Shown in pieces: positions 32,579 through 43,575 of a stretch of 64,000 nucleotides of DNA (positions are counted from its first letter, which is position 1; every line of letters starts with the position of its first letter). Made by a program: the position numbers and the translations under genes. Below the pieces are notes generated by a model. That model ran no database searches. It was not told the origin of the DNA and was given only the letters and a program-made list of their open reading frames with translations. The stretch comes from Methanobacteriota archaeon (lineage in GTDB: Archaea; Halobacteriota; Bog-38; Methanoflorentales; Methanoflorentaceae). The DNA lies in the NCBI GenBank assembly GCA_963720465.1, contig OY970393.1, positions 1,024,001 to 1,088,000 on the forward strand, written 5' to 3'.

Positions 32579-35488
32579 ATGCACTCAGTTGTAGATTCAA
32601 TTAGCGGTCAGTTTGCGCCCCTCTTTCCCTTCACATTTTTCAATGAAATGCAGTCGCGCGTGCTACCAAGTCTCCTCACATCGGATGAAGATGTTGTCGT
32701 TGCAGCGCCGACCGCATCCGGAAAGACCGTCCTTGCTGAGCTTGCGATGGTTCGCGAGCTCTCAAAGCCGCGAAGCGGCAAAATCCTCTACCTCGCACCG
32801 ATGCGGGCACTCACAAACGAGAAAGAAGGCGAGTGGCAAAGACTGTTTGAGCCAATGGGATTTGAGGTTTACGTCGTTTCTGGCGAACGCGAGCTGGACC
32901 CAGCAAAAGCCCGCAGCGCACACATCATCATATCGACGCCGGAGAAATGGGATTCTTCGAGCAGAAAGTACCGCACGACACACAAGTTCGTAGGAGACGT
33001 CTCGGTTATTATCATCGATGAGGTACATCTGCTCGATTCTGACGGGCGCGGCGGCGTGCTTGAGGCTTTGATTACCCGGATGAAGCGCATCACGGACAAC
33101 AAAGTCCGGATCGTTGCACTCAGCGCGACGATGCCCAACGTTCGCGAGGTCGCTCAATGGATAGGAGCCACGGAAGAGCGAACCTTTGCATTTGACGATT
33201 CTTACCGCCCAGTTCCACTCAAAGCCGACGTTTTTGGATACAATCCTGGCAAGAACAAGTTCGTAGACAAGTATATTAGACTTTATAAGGCCGTCTCACT
33301 GATCGAGCCCCACCTCGCCGGCGGTCAGGCGCTCATTTTCGTAGCTACGCGGTCTGACACGACTCAAGCAGCGTCAAAGCTCGTCGAAATCTTCGCCACA
33401 AAAAGTGCGAGGCTTACAACACAAGAGTCCGAACAAGTGGCAGCACGAATTAAGAACAAATCCCTCGGAGACGCCGTGCGCAACGGTATCGGTTTTCACC
33501 ACGCAGGTCTTGTGAAGCAAGACAGAGACCTTATTGAGGAGGCTTTCAAAGCCGGACACATCAAGATACTGGTCTCGACGTCGACGCTCGCCTGGGGTGT
33601 GAACCTGCCTGCACGTGTTGTCGTTATTCGCGACATCGCGAACGAAGCCATCGATGAGGAAACAAGCTCATTGGATCTGCTCCAGATGCTCGGTAGGGCT
33701 GGAAGGCCCCAGTATGACGAACGTGGATTCGGGTGGATTATCGCTCCACGCGACCGTGCAGAAGAATTCGTGCAGATGTTGCGGGAGGGGCCACCCATAC
33801 GCTCGCAGTTGCACACCACGCTCAGCGAGCATTTGAATGCCGAAATCAGCATGGGCACTATCAAGAGCCGTGAGGATGCCCAACAATGGTTTAGCGGGAC
33901 GTTCTATTACGTGCAACACCCGGAATCAAGTGTCTTGTTGGACGATCACGTGAACGCCCTCATCGAAAAAGGCTTCGCCGTCGAGGCACAGAATAATCTG
34001 CTTCCGACCGATCTTGGCACGCTTGCCTCGAAATATTACCTTCGCCTTGACACGGCTCGCGGATTCAAACAATTGAGAGAGGGGCCTTCAGACGAGGAGC
34101 TGCTCAACGCCGTTGCATCCGCTGAAGAGTTCATCAGCGTGGTCGTTAGGCGCAACGAACTCTCAGCGATTAAGGGCGCGCAAGCGCATTATACAGGGTC
34201 AAAGTCGAAGGTATATGCGATATTGAAGGCATACATCGAGCGCGGGGAAGTCCCAGAAGTGCTGCGCAGCGACGCGTGGCTCATCCGACAAAACGCGCTT
34301 CGGCTTCTATCGGCGCTTGAAGCGTTCCTCCTCCGTTTCAATGCACCGGAAACTGTCTTGCGTGCGAAAATTCTCGCCCTAAGACTTGAATACGGAGCGC
34401 CAGAAAAGCTGTGCCCCTTGCTTCAGCTGGACGCAGTGGGCATAAAACAAGCGACTCAGCTCTATGCGCAGGGGATCAGATCGCCGTTTGATATCACCGG
34501 TACCATGCTTTCAAGACTTGTTGCCGGCGCGCGGATAGCACAGTCAATAAGCAAGCTGCCCGAAATCGTGATTGACATGCAGTTGCCCGATTCCATAGCA
34601 TTTGGACAAGGCCTAATGTGTCACGCAACTCTAGCAAACGCTCGCGGAGGCGCACGTGTGTCGGTAACCGTGTTTGCCAACGGGCTCAAGATGCTTCGCG
34701 ATAGTCTCTATCTAGCGAATGGGTATACCAAATCAATTCCCATCGCCATCTATGGCTCTCAAAACGAACGAGTCACGTATCAAGTGCGAGTCGACCATCT
34801 CGACTGCGTTGAAGCTCCGCAGATCCGAGAGAACGAAATAATGATCGACGGACTCCCAAACGAACTAAGCGCAGCTACCAGTAACGCGGGCAAAAGACTG
34901 ATAACTACCGACAATGGGACAAGAGATCAGACGGAAGTACCACGCTTTTCTATCCCCCCTAGAGCGTTGGAGACGCCGCCCACGGCCCCCCATCACGCCT
35001 CGCGCAGGGAGAACACAAAACCGGACGAAGGGGTTTTAGACGTGCGCTCGAGATCCGTGGGGCGCTGCAAGCAATGTGGCGGCTCATTGAACCGCGCTGA
35101 AAGCGCAATAATGTGCGATTGCGGAGCAGTTTACAAACTGCCCACAGGAGCAGAACTCACAGAAAGTACTTGCAGCTGCGGGTTGCCCAAGTTCAGGCTC
35201 AAGCTTCTTGACGTTGACGTGTGCATTGACCGTCGATGCGAGAGCATGGATGACGTAATTTCCAAGCACTTCGCAACGAGCAACTTCATCTGCCCTCGCT
35301 GCCACGGTCCTCTAACCATCGTGCGCAGGAAGGGCATCATTGTGGGGTGTGCACAGTACTACGACGGATGTAAGACCGCATTTCTATTGCCTGCTAACGC
35401 TACGATCGTTGGACGGTGCGAGTGCGGGCTCCCAAAGCTGCAGTTGAAAACCAAGACTCGATGTCTCGATACCGCGTGCCGCGCGTAA
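32579..35488 (+). CDS. Ski2-like SF2 helicase with Sec63-like region and C-terminal Cys-rich zinc ribbons
   Basis: APTASGKT, TPEKWD, DEVH, LSAT, STSTLAWGVNLPA and QMLGRAGRP; multiple CxxC/CxCG motifs at the C-terminus. Confidence 0.88.
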   Translation: MHSVVDSISGQFAPLFPFTFFNEMQSRVLPSLLTSDEDVVVAAPTASGKTVLAELAMVRELSKPRSGKILYLAPMRALTNEKEGEWQRLFEPMGFEVYVVSGERELDPAKARSAHIIISTPEKWDSSSRKYRTTHKFVGDVSVIIIDEVHLLDSDGRGGVLEALITRMKRITDNKVRIVALSATMPNVREVAQWIGATEERTFAFDDSYRPVPLKADVFGYNPGKNKFVDKYIRLYKAVSLIEPHLAGGQALIFVATRSDTTQAASKLVEIFATKSARLTTQESEQVAARIKNKSLGDAVRNGIGFHHAGLVKQDRDLIEEAFKAGHIKILVSTSTLAWGVNLPARVVVIRDIANEAIDEETSSLDLLQMLGRAGRPQYDERGFGWIIAPRDRAEEFVQMLREGPPIRSQLHTTLSEHLNAEISMGTIKSREDAQQWFSGTFYYVQHPESSVLLDDHVNALIEKGFAVEAQNNLLPTDLGTLASKYYLRLDTARGFKQLREGPSDEELLNAVASAEEFISVVVRRNELSAIKGAQAHYTGSKSKVYAILKAYIERGEVPEVLRSDAWLIRQNALRLLSALEAFLLRFNAPETVLRAKILALRLEYGAPEKLCPLLQLDAVGIKQATQLYAQGIRSPFDITGTMLSRLVAGARIAQSISKLPEIVIDMQLPDSIAFGQGLMCHATLANARGGARVSVTVFANGLKMLRDSLYLANGYTKSIPIAIYGSQNERVTYQVRVDHLDCVEAPQIRENEIMIDGLPNELSAATSNAGKRLITTDNGTRDQTEVPRFSIPPRALETPPTAPHHASRRENTKPDEGVLDVRSRSVGRCKQCGGSLNRAESAIMCDCGAVYKLPTGAELTESTCSCGLPKFRLKLLDVDVCIDRRCESMDDVISKHFATSNFICPRCHGPLTIVRRKGIIVGCAQYYDGCKTAFLLPANATIVGRCECGLPKLQLKTKTRCLDTACRA

Positions 35489-35531
35489 GCATTACCTCAC
35501 AGCACCAACGTCTTCTTGTTCCGTGGTGCCC

Positions 35532-37094
35532 CTACAGCGGCACGTCAGGTTGCTTCCGAATCGTGGCGCTGTCTGGGTCAAGGCCGCGCCATTCGACAAC
35601 GTAGCCGAGAGCTTCCAACACTTTCTCTGGAGATGAGAATCCTTCTTCTTCGATTGCACCGAGCGCAGCAGGTAGTGCGCTACCTTCAAGGGCTTCTAGT
35701 CTCTCCGCGATTACGCCAAGCTTCAGTTCACTTATGAGAAGCATGCCGATCAGACGGTAGTGCGCTGCTGGATTGGCCTGCAGCCAACGCACGACGGCCC
35801 CTACCGATACAGACTGCTCGTCGGCCAGTTGCGTTACGTCGATTACGTCGCCTGTGAGTCCAAGCCGTGAGCCGTCGATGGTTTCGGCCTGCTGCACTAC
35901 GATCTTTTCCTCTAACTGCTTTAGGTAGTCGACGACCGGCTTCAGCGGCACTTTCTTGTCGTAGAAGATGACGAGGCCTTTCACTTCCTTGAACTTAGCA
36001 CAACTGAGGTTTCTATCAACAGCAATGAGTAAGTTCTCAACGTCGAGCTCCCGCAGCTTCCCGAGCTTTTTCTGAAGGTATTCGTCAGTCCAAAAACCGA
36101 CCACTTCCAGGTACGCCTTCACGCCGTTCTTTTCAAATCCGAAATCGGGGATAAACACGTACCGTCCGGCGGTCAATAGCTCAGGTTCTCTTTTTAGAAT
36201 CCAGCCCAACTTCAACGCGTTAAACGATCGGGCAAACGCCGCTTCAACGGAGCTGTCAAAGCGCTCTCTTGTTTCCTCGGCAGCCGGCACCTTAAAGAGC
36301 TCTTTTACCTTGTCGCTGTCAAGTTCCAGTTCGACCAACTTAGGTGCCTGTCGTTCCCCGGCAAGGATGTGTGCCTTTAGGCGCCATTCACGAGTCTCCA
36401 AGATTGATGGGAGCAGCTTCGCAAGCGATGCGCCGTACCGCTCGGTCATCTTGAAGAGCGAGACGGGGCCGTCCACGAAAACTCGATAAATGCCGCCGAC
36501 CTGCTCTACGGTGTACATGAGGCCCAGATATTTTAGCCGCCTGAAAATACGCTGGTAGTTGCCCCCCGCAGTAAACTCAAGAGAGACCGCCTTGAACAGC
36601 AACGTCTGCGTCAAGCTTAGGTTGTACTGCTGGATTAGCTCGCGCGGACGGAGAGGCACGAAGCGTTCAAGCACCAACTCGTCCTCGGCATCGCTCCAGA
36701 GCGACTCTTCGAGCTGCAATGGTGAGATGCCGAGTCGTGATGCTGCCTGTGCCATTACCTCTTCTTTCATTTCGTTCGTGGCGACAAGCGCATAACGATT
36801 TGCCTCTGTGAAGACTTCGCGGCGCGCTTTTTGGGGAGCAATATGGCTTTGCGGTTCGAAGACTGCTGACCGGTTGAGCAACGCGAGTAACCCCCTCACC
36901 AGTCGATAATCAAATCCGTCGCCCTCGAACTGCCGACAGTGCTTGACTAGCTCGCCCTGGCGCTTGCCCACGTGTGCTTCATAGGTCTCGATCAAACGCG
37001 ATGCCAACTCCACGTAACGCTCTTCAAGCGGCGCGTACACCGGTTTTATCTTTCCAGAGCGAGAACGGGCGATGAGGAGATTGCTAGGTAGCAC
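35532..37094 (-). CDS. DUF790 / Bax1 endonuclease
   Basis: YNLSLTQTLLF, DGPVSLF...RYG and IPDFGF...YLEVVGFWTDEYLQKK; coupled to XPB. Confidence 0.87.
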   Translation of the reverse strand: MLPSNLLIARSRSGKIKPVYAPLEERYVELASRLIETYEAHVGKRQGELVKHCRQFEGDGFDYRLVRGLLALLNRSAVFEPQSHIAPQKARREVFTEANRYALVATNEMKEEVMAQAASRLGISPLQLEESLWSDAEDELVLERFVPLRPRELIQQYNLSLTQTLLFKAVSLEFTAGGNYQRIFRRLKYLGLMYTVEQVGGIYRVFVDGPVSLFKMTERYGASLAKLLPSILETREWRLKAHILAGERQAPKLVELELDSDKVKELFKVPAAEETRERFDSSVEAAFARSFNALKLGWILKREPELLTAGRYVFIPDFGFEKNGVKAYLEVVGFWTDEYLQKKLGKLRELDVENLLIAVDRNLSCAKFKEVKGLVIFYDKKVPLKPVVDYLKQLEEKIVVQQAETIDGSRLGLTGDVIDVTQLADEQSVSVGAVVRWLQANPAAHYRLIGMLLISELKLGVIAERLEALEGSALPAALGAIEEEGFSSPEKVLEALGYVVEWRGLDPDSATIRKQPDVPL

Positions 37095-38445
37095 GCTCTG
37101 CGTCCCTCCATTTTCGCTTCCGACGGTGACTTATTTTTGTTTCGGTCGTATCACGTGTCACGATTTCAGTGAGTCTCGCGCGCTTTCCCTCTCGCTTTCG
37201 CAGCACGCGCCCGAGGCGCTGAATGAATTCTCGAGAGCTGCCGGTTCCGCTGAGTATGATTGCTTGCGCGGCGTCGGGAACGTCCACGCCTTCGTCAAGC
37301 ACTTTGGACGTGACTACCATACGGTACACGCCATCGTGAAAGTTCTCAAGGATCTCCCTACGCTCGCCCTTAGACGTCGTGTGCGTGATTGCGGGAATCA
37401 AGAACGTACGCGCGATGCGATCGACGAGCTTATTGTGTTGTGTGAAGATGATCGTCTGATCACTAGGATGGTCAAGAAGGAGCCCTTTAAGCGCTTCCAT
37501 CTTCGCCCGTGAGTTTAAGGCGATATCCAACGCCCGATTTCGAGCCAAAAGTGCCTTTCGCGCCTCTGGATCCCACGCGCTCCTCATGATAAACCGCGAG
37601 AAATCGTATTGCGTACGCATCAGAATATTGCGGCGCGCGATGTAATCGATGAATGCGCCGTGCATCCGCGTGTACTCCTCAGCCTCATCGGGCATCAAGT
37701 CGACAAAGAGATACCCGACTTCGTAGCCAGAAAGGTGTTCCTCTGCAAGGTCTTGCACGGTCAGCTCATAGACTTTGCCGCCAATAAGACGTTGGAGCTC
37801 GCTGTGCAGTCCGTCTTCGCGTTCATACGTTGCCGTAAGTCCTAGCCGCGCTTTCGACACAAACATTTCAGCGATGTGGCGATAGCCTGGCGAGGGGAGG
37901 TGGTGGACCTCGTCGAATATAACGAGCCCAAATCGATTGCCGAGCTCCGCGGCACGCAAATATGCTGAGTCGTACGTCGATACCGTGAGCGATTTGAGCA
38001 CGTTTTCGCCGCCCCCGTACGTCCCTATTTCGATCGCAAATTCAGCCGCAAGCACACGGCGCCACTGTTCTACTAGGTCGAGCGTAGGTACAATGACTAG
38101 CGAAGGCGTTTGCATCGTGCCAATTGCTCCGACGGCAACAATGGTTTTTCCAGCACCAGTCGGCAAGACTACCGTGCCTCGCTTTCCCGCTTGGATCCAC
38201 GAGTCCAACGCGTCTGTTTGGTAGTCCCGCAACGAGGCGTGGAACTGCAGCCGCGGGACCGGGAGCAACTCAAGCGCTTCATCTACATATTCGATGTGAC
38301 TGCTCTCGAGATAATCGGTAATATCGGCATAGTGCAAGGCCAGTGCCCTATACGCGCCAGAGCGCGCGTCCCAGTGGGAGTTCGGGACCCGCGCATCGCC
38401 GCGAATCAGCAGCGTACCTTTGTCGTATTCAATCCGCACTTTCAC
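37084..38445 (-). CDS. xpb: XPB/Rad25-like DNA repair helicase
   Basis: LRDYQ, LPTGAGKT, DEVHHL, GLTATYERED, VLDEGVDVP and QRLGRVLR. Confidence 0.9.
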   Translation of the reverse strand: MKVRIEYDKGTLLIRGDARVPNSHWDARSGAYRALALHYADITDYLESSHIEYVDEALELLPVPRLQFHASLRDYQTDALDSWIQAGKRGTVVLPTGAGKTIVAVGAIGTMQTPSLVIVPTLDLVEQWRRVLAAEFAIEIGTYGGGENVLKSLTVSTYDSAYLRAAELGNRFGLVIFDEVHHLPSPGYRHIAEMFVSKARLGLTATYEREDGLHSELQRLIGGKVYELTVQDLAEEHLSGYEVGYLFVDLMPDEAEEYTRMHGAFIDYIARRNILMRTQYDFSRFIMRSAWDPEARKALLARNRALDIALNSRAKMEALKGLLLDHPSDQTIIFTQHNKLVDRIARTFLIPAITHTTSKGERREILENFHDGVYRMVVTSKVLDEGVDVPDAAQAIILSGTGSSREFIQRLGRVLRKREGKRARLTEIVTRDTTETKISHRRKRKWRDAERAT

Positions 38446-38670
38446 TTACATCACCGCCGCGACCGGCCTGAGTCAGCTCCTTCGCACATCGGATTCACGC
38501 GTGCACAACTTGTCACATACGGAGGATCCACACTAATCCCCTCGCCGAATTGGGCGTGGGCGCGCTTTTCTCACCATTGCTCAGCGCCATAAGCTAACGA
38601 CGTACGATTTGAATGGACTGGAATACGACACAAAGCATCGTATTTTGCCTCGTCGACTCTGAGACAAATC

Positions 38671-39615
38671 TCAACCTGGTTGTGTCCTGTTGTGCGATAG
38701 CAACGTGCAGCTTTTGATCCATTCTCCCCGGGCCGCCCGGGACGTACCGACGATCAGGCGCGTAATTCCGGCTTCATTGCAGATTCCTCGCGCTTCGATC
38801 ACTTCACCTTCATTTGCTTGGCCCACGTAGGTGTGGGTATATGAGAGGACCTTTTTGACGGCCTCGTGCTCTATTTCGTAAATGGCAGGGCTGTCAAACG
38901 CATAGGTAGCGTTGGTTACCGTTGCGCGGACAGTAGCAAATCCATCGTCTGTTCCACGAGGCTCAATGGCTATCTCATCGAAGTCCCGTACGAATAGCAG
39001 ATCGAAGTACGTCGCCCCTATTGACCCGCGGTTCCATTTTCTTTTCTCGTGCAGGACGAACTCTTCGAATGTGAGTTCCGGAGTGCGCTTTTGGAATATC
39101 CGCCGCCACATGCCAGTATCAATCTCGGGCAACATTCCAGATTGTACCGCGTCGCGCAGAGCGTCTCGCCCGCATTCAAAGTTCGGCCTCCCGTAAAGAA
39201 CGAAATCAATGTCAGACGAGTCAGTTGCAAGCCCAAGAAGTCGAGAACCTGTGACGCCCATATTGCGCCGACTAATACCATTGCTCTCAAAAAAATCCAC
39301 GATAGACGAAACGTCGGCATCATCGCAGCGTTCCACGCACTGCCGAGGGCGCTCCAGCTGCGCAATGTCCTCGGAGGGAATGGCACAGAGCCCGTCTCGA
39401 TAGTGACGAGACTTATGCATCAGCTGCTGCGCTTCTTCGAAGCCCACTTTGCGAAACCGCGTACCGTCCGGGCTCACTCTTTCGCCATTTTTGTCCGGAA
39501 TGTAGCGCAAGAAGCCCCAGATATACGGCTCATTGTCATATGAAACAACCGCGTAAATCCAGTTATTTTTGGCTATAACAAAATCTCTTATTCTAACTGG
39601 TTCCTGCAACATCAT
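38671..39615 (-). CDS. Predicted archaeal nucleotidyltransferase-family protein
   Basis: GVTGSRLLG...SDIDFV (Pol-beta GS...DxD motif), FLRY and GEVIEARG. Confidence 0.75.
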   Translation of the reverse strand: MMLQEPVRIRDFVIAKNNWIYAVVSYDNEPYIWGFLRYIPDKNGERVSPDGTRFRKVGFEEAQQLMHKSRHYRDGLCAIPSEDIAQLERPRQCVERCDDADVSSIVDFFESNGISRRNMGVTGSRLLGLATDSSDIDFVLYGRPNFECGRDALRDAVQSGMLPEIDTGMWRRIFQKRTPELTFEEFVLHEKRKWNRGSIGATYFDLLFVRDFDEIAIEPRGTDDGFATVRATVTNATYAFDSPAIYEIEHEAVKKVLSYTHTYVGQANEGEVIEARGICNEAGITRLIVGTSRAARGEWIKSCTLLSHNRTQPG

Positions 39616-39919
39616 CTCGCGATCGTGTTGTCATTGCACCATTATTAAGTTTCCCAGATCTTAGTACTTAGTTGTCCTGCCTATGCAAGACCAGACCCTG
39701 TGAAATAGAGACAATCTAAGAGTGCTTATGCGAGTCGCGAGTCAAGGCTGCCACCGAAACAAGCCACGTGCGGCCCATTCCTGACGTTGACGTGTCTGTA
39801 GACGGGACCTCGCATTTATCGCCTTCTTCGTAAAGTATTGCTCTCCAGAGAGGGCCAAAAAATAAAGCCGCGTTGGATGCTGTTGGCAAAAAGGTAGAAC
39901 TTTTTACACTCGGTCAGGT

Positions 39920-40516
39920 TTACTCCCCGCTCCATGGTGGGATCCCAGTTCTTTCATACACGGTGTCGAGGCCCGCACCTCGGCGTACCACCACATAATT
40001 AACCAGATCCACGACGGTCGAAGGACCCAATGTTGCCGTGCCCCCTTGAAGCACGCAATCGACGCCGATCTTTACATTCTCTGCGCACATTGCTGGAGGC
40101 GCGCCGGCAACGTTAGCGCTAGTGGAGGTGATGGGGGCCCCTACACAGTCAATCAGTGCGCGAGTAACAATGTGCGACGGAAACCGAATGCCAACGAGGT
40201 TCGCACCGGCCGTAAGAACGTCAGGAACGACGTCCTTCTTTCGCAACAGCACGGTTACTGGCCCTGGCAATAATGTCTGAAGGAGGGGGGCGTCGTCGAT
40301 ATGCGCAACAGCCTCTATCATGTCAAAGCGAGAAACTGCAAGCGAGATAGGCTTTGAAGCCATCCGTTTGAGCGCGATCACTTTCCGCACGGTTGATTCT
40401 TGCAGCGCGAGCGCGCCAACTCCGTAGACAGTCTCGGTCGGGTAGGCTACTACCCTACCGGTCCTGATAGCGTGAGCAGCACCCTGCACACTTCTAGTCA
40501 CCTTAATAATAGCCAC
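39920..40516 (-). CDS. Threonylcarbamoyl-AMP synthase (TsaC/YrdC type, no Sua5 C-terminal domain)
   Basis: YPTETVYG, KR..KP, PGPVT, STSAN and STVVD. Confidence 0.9.
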   Translation of the reverse strand: MAIIKVTRSVQGAAHAIRTGRVVAYPTETVYGVGALALQESTVRKVIALKRMASKPISLAVSRFDMIEAVAHIDDAPLLQTLLPGPVTVLLRKKDVVPDVLTAGANLVGIRFPSHIVTRALIDCVGAPITSTSANVAGAPPAMCAENVKIGVDCVLQGGTATLGPSTVVDLVNYVVVRRGAGLDTVYERTGIPPWSGE

Positions 40517-40561
40517 CGCCAGCCCCTCGGCAAATAGCTGTCTGCAAAAAAGGCAGCGCCT

Positions 40562-41038
40562 TCAGTGCCGCCGCTTGACGATGGCCACATCTCCGAAGGT
40601 CAAGTTCTCGGACGGCTTGCCTTTTTGCGCTTTTTCACTGCCGATGTCGATGAGGAGGCTTACATTCAGCGCCTTTTCGAGTTTCTTTCGGAGCTTATCG
40701 TCAGGGGTTAATTCCTTTCGCTCAATTTTCTTTATGATGAGCGCCTTTTCCATTATTTTGGCCGCCAATTGCTCCTGGGTTAGTCTACTTTTTTGACGGG
40801 CGTACTTCACGATATGATCGAAATCGGGATCCAGTTCACCCTCCATTTGGCGATAAATATCCCGGTACCGGGTGCGGGAGTGTGCGGCGACTTTGTTCGT
40901 GGGTCCGCGCAGCGTTTCGGGGCGGCGGATTTCTGTGCCAAGACCTCCGCAAGCGGCGCACGTCTCGAGCTGTGCTCCCTCGATCATAACGCGTTTAGGC
41001 TTTCCTAGGATTTCTTTCCCGCATAATTCGCAGTGCAT
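40562..41038 (-). CDS. Archaeal multiprotein bridging factor MBF1
   Basis: CELCG...CAAC zinc ribbon, Cro-like HTH and C-terminal LTFGDV; adjacent to pan. Confidence 0.9.
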   Translation of the reverse strand: MHCELCGKEILGKPKRVMIEGAQLETCAACGGLGTEIRRPETLRGPTNKVAAHSRTRYRDIYRQMEGELDPDFDHIVKYARQKSRLTQEQLAAKIMEKALIIKKIERKELTPDDKLRKKLEKALNVSLLIDIGSEKAQKGKPSENLTFGDVAIVKRRH

Positions 41039-41085
41039 AGCTTTCCTCGAAAAAAGGATATATAGCATGCATTGTTAAATACCAT

Positions 41086-42324
41086 GTGGAGGAGACGACA
41101 GTGGAAGACTCGTTTGACGAAAGCGAAAAGAAGGGGAATGATTTTTCTGAATACCTCTTGGATCGCGTTCGTCAATTGGAAGAGCGCAATCTCAAGCTCC
41201 GCGATGCCAATCGCAAGGTCGAAAACGAGAAGAGATCCGCCGAGAACCAGAAGGTGCGTTACGAGCGCGAAGTCCGAAAACTCAGAAGTGAGCTTGAACG
41301 ACTCAAGGGACCACCGTTACTCGTGGGGACCGTGCTTGACGTGCTTGACGACAATCGAGTCGTCATCAAGAGCTCAACGGGTCCAAAGTTCGTGGTCAAC
41401 GCCTCGCAGTTCATCGAACAGGAACTCATCGCGGGCGCCCGAGTGGCGCTGAACCAACAATCTCTGGCTATCGTAGGCGCTTTGCCGCCTTCGAAGGATC
41501 CCACAGTGTACGGAATGGAAATCATCGAGACTCCAACCGTGAGCTACGATGACATCGGAGGTCTTGACGGTCAGATTCAAGAGCTGCGCGAAACGGTAGA
41601 GCTCCCACTATTGAAACCTGAGCTATTTAAGCGGGTAGGCATAGAACCGCCTAAAGGGGTGCTTCTCTACGGCCCTCCGGGAACAGGAAAAACCCTTCTT
41701 GCGAAGGCAGTAGCAAAAGAAACCGAATCGGTTTTCATTCGAATCGTAGGCAGTGAGCTCGTTCAAAAGTACATCGGCGAAGGCGCTCGACTCGTTCGAG
41801 AGCTATTTGAAATGGCCCGGGATAAGGCGCCCAGCATTATTTTCATCGACGAACTCGATGCGATAGGAGCGAAGCGCTTAGACAGCGCAACTTCGGGAGA
41901 TCGTGAAGTCCAACGGACGCTCATGCAGCTCCTCGCCGAGATGGACGGATTTGAAAATCGTGGCGACGTGAAGATCATCGGTGCGACAAATAGGAGCGAC
42001 ATACTCGACCCTGCGTTGCTTCGGCCTGGGCGCTTTGATCGCCTCATCGACATACCACTCCCAACGTACGAAGCCCGCGTTGAGATCGTCAAGATCCACA
42101 CGTCCGGCATGAACTTGGCTCACGAGATTGACGCCAAGAAGATTGCGAAGCTCACTGAAGGCGCAAGTGGCGCTGACATAAAAGCAATTGCGATGGAAGC
42201 CGGCATGTTTGCCATTCGCGCGGAGCGCGAGTCAGTGACAGCTGCCGATTTTGACGATGCCGTGCGTAAAGTGGTGGGCATGCCTAACGTCGAGACGCAG
42301 CAGCTGGGGTCAATGTTCGCATAA
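41086..42324 (+). CDS. pan: Proteasome-activating nucleotidase
   Basis: Coiled coil, [30 protein letters not shown] and C-terminal HbYX-like MFA. Confidence 0.96.
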   Translation: MEETTVEDSFDESEKKGNDFSEYLLDRVRQLEERNLKLRDANRKVENEKRSAENQKVRYEREVRKLRSELERLKGPPLLVGTVLDVLDDNRVVIKSSTGPKFVVNASQFIEQELIAGARVALNQQSLAIVGALPPSKDPTVYGMEIIETPTVSYDDIGGLDGQIQELRETVELPLLKPELFKRVGIEPPKGVLLYGPPGTGKTLLAKAVAKETESVFIRIVGSELVQKYIGEGARLVRELFEMARDKAPSIIFIDELDAIGAKRLDSATSGDREVQRTLMQLLAEMDGFENRGDVKIIGATNRSDILDPALLRPGRFDRLIDIPLPTYEARVEIVKIHTSGMNLAHEIDAKKIAKLTEGASGADIKAIAMEAGMFAIRAERESVTAADFDDAVRKVVGMPNVETQQLGSMFA

Positions 42325-42458
42325 GCGAGCAGCATTCTCCGTCTTTGAATCGTTCGTCTTTAGCGCGTGCTAGAAGGCCATTGCGGTGGCGCGTGTGGGT
42401 GTGCGATTGAGTATTTTCTAATTCTACGACACCCCAGCGCTTACTACGCGTTTTTCCT

Positions 42459-43052
42459 CTAAAACTGATGATAAACGAGATAGAATCGTTGCAGCGCTGT
42501 GAAATTGCTCGCCAAGGCCACAAAAACCATCATCCAGCCGAGCAACGGGAACCAGATGATGTTTTCCGGGAATATGAGGCTGAGCAAAGCGACAAAGAAG
42601 ATGAGGACGAGCCTGTCTGCTCTCCCGAGCAAGCCCCGATAATTCCGGCCGACGCCAAGTGCTTGGGCTTGGGTTCCAAGGTAACTCGTCATGAGAACGC
42701 CTACAATCGCGAGCAGCCCAATCTGCCAAGCGACGTACCCACCGAGCGTAATACCGCCGAATATGAAAATATCGGCATAGCGGTCAACGACGTGGTCGAT
42801 TAGGTCACCTTGCAACGATTCGCTGCTAGAACTTCGCGCTAGACACCCATCTAATGCGTCAAAGAGTGCATTGCAGGCAAGTGCCAATATCGCCACTGGA
42901 AGCAGTTGCGCGTAGAACGCGACGCCGGCGACGACTGCAGAAACGAGGGATAGAGCGCTCAGCTGGTTTGCACTTACGCCGCGCTTGTAAAGCGCTAGCG
43001 CGATCGGATTTAAAATCCGCCCCATTCTTCCGCGGTATGTGTCAAGCGTCAT
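42459..43052 (-). CDS. CDP-alcohol phosphatidyltransferase (archaetidylinositol phosphate synthase-like)
   Basis: DALDGCLAR...GDLIDHVVDRYAD. Confidence 0.9.
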   Translation of the reverse strand: MTLDTYRGRMGRILNPIALALYKRGVSANQLSALSLVSAVVAGVAFYAQLLPVAILALACNALFDALDGCLARSSSSESLQGDLIDHVVDRYADIFIFGGITLGGYVAWQIGLLAIVGVLMTSYLGTQAQALGVGRNYRGLLGRADRLVLIFFVALLSLIFPENIIWFPLLGWMMVFVALASNFTALQRFYLVYHQF

Positions 43053-43560
43053 TCAAATAGGCAGTCCAGTCACATTGACCAGCGGCGAATCGCTGGAGCC
43101 AGTGTCCTTGTATGATTTCCCAGACGACTTGCGCTGATTCACTCAGCGTACCTGTCGAATCTACTTCGTACACATTGTTACCGTGCCGTGCGACGGCCTC
43201 AACCAGGATGACATCAAGGATTTCCGCTTCTACGTTTTCCTGTATCTTTTTGTCTGAAAAAGCCTTCTTCTGGAGGCGCCTGCGAAGCGCGACCGGATTG
43301 GTCCGGAGGACGATAACACGGTCGACCGAGAGGTTATGGGAGAGGTGCCCCTCAAGCACGAGATCTTCTGAAAACGGGTGCGCTCTCAGTGCCTTGAGAT
43401 CAACTACTAGACAGTCACGGTTTTCGTCCCACTCTGCGTAGTACTGGTGAACGCGAATCACTTCGTTTAAGTCCACCACCTTGAGGCCATAGCGGTCGCG
43501 GAGAATCTTGCCAATTGTGGTTTTGCCGGTGCCGGGAGTTCCTGTGAGAGCAATTTTCAT
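43042..43560 (-). CDS. Adenylate kinase, AK6/Fap7 family
   Basis: TGTPGTGKT, EGHLSH and KIQENVEAE. Confidence 0.9.
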   Translation of the reverse strand: MKIALTGTPGTGKTTIGKILRDRYGLKVVDLNEVIRVHQYYAEWDENRDCLVVDLKALRAHPFSEDLVLEGHLSHNLSVDRVIVLRTNPVALRRRLQKKAFSDKKIQENVEAEILDVILVEAVARHGNNVYEVDSTGTLSESAQVVWEIIQGHWLQRFAAGQCDWTAYLNDA

Positions 43561-43575
43561 AGGTCAACAAAGAAG

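Noticed and set aside
39920-40516. Short TsaC-type protein lacking the Sua5 domain
   Set aside because: Both TsaC and Sua5 forms are known in archaea, and the catalytic motifs are intact.
40562-42324. Very close divergent mbf1-pan arrangement
   Set aside because: mbf1-pan linkage is an established conserved archaeal context.
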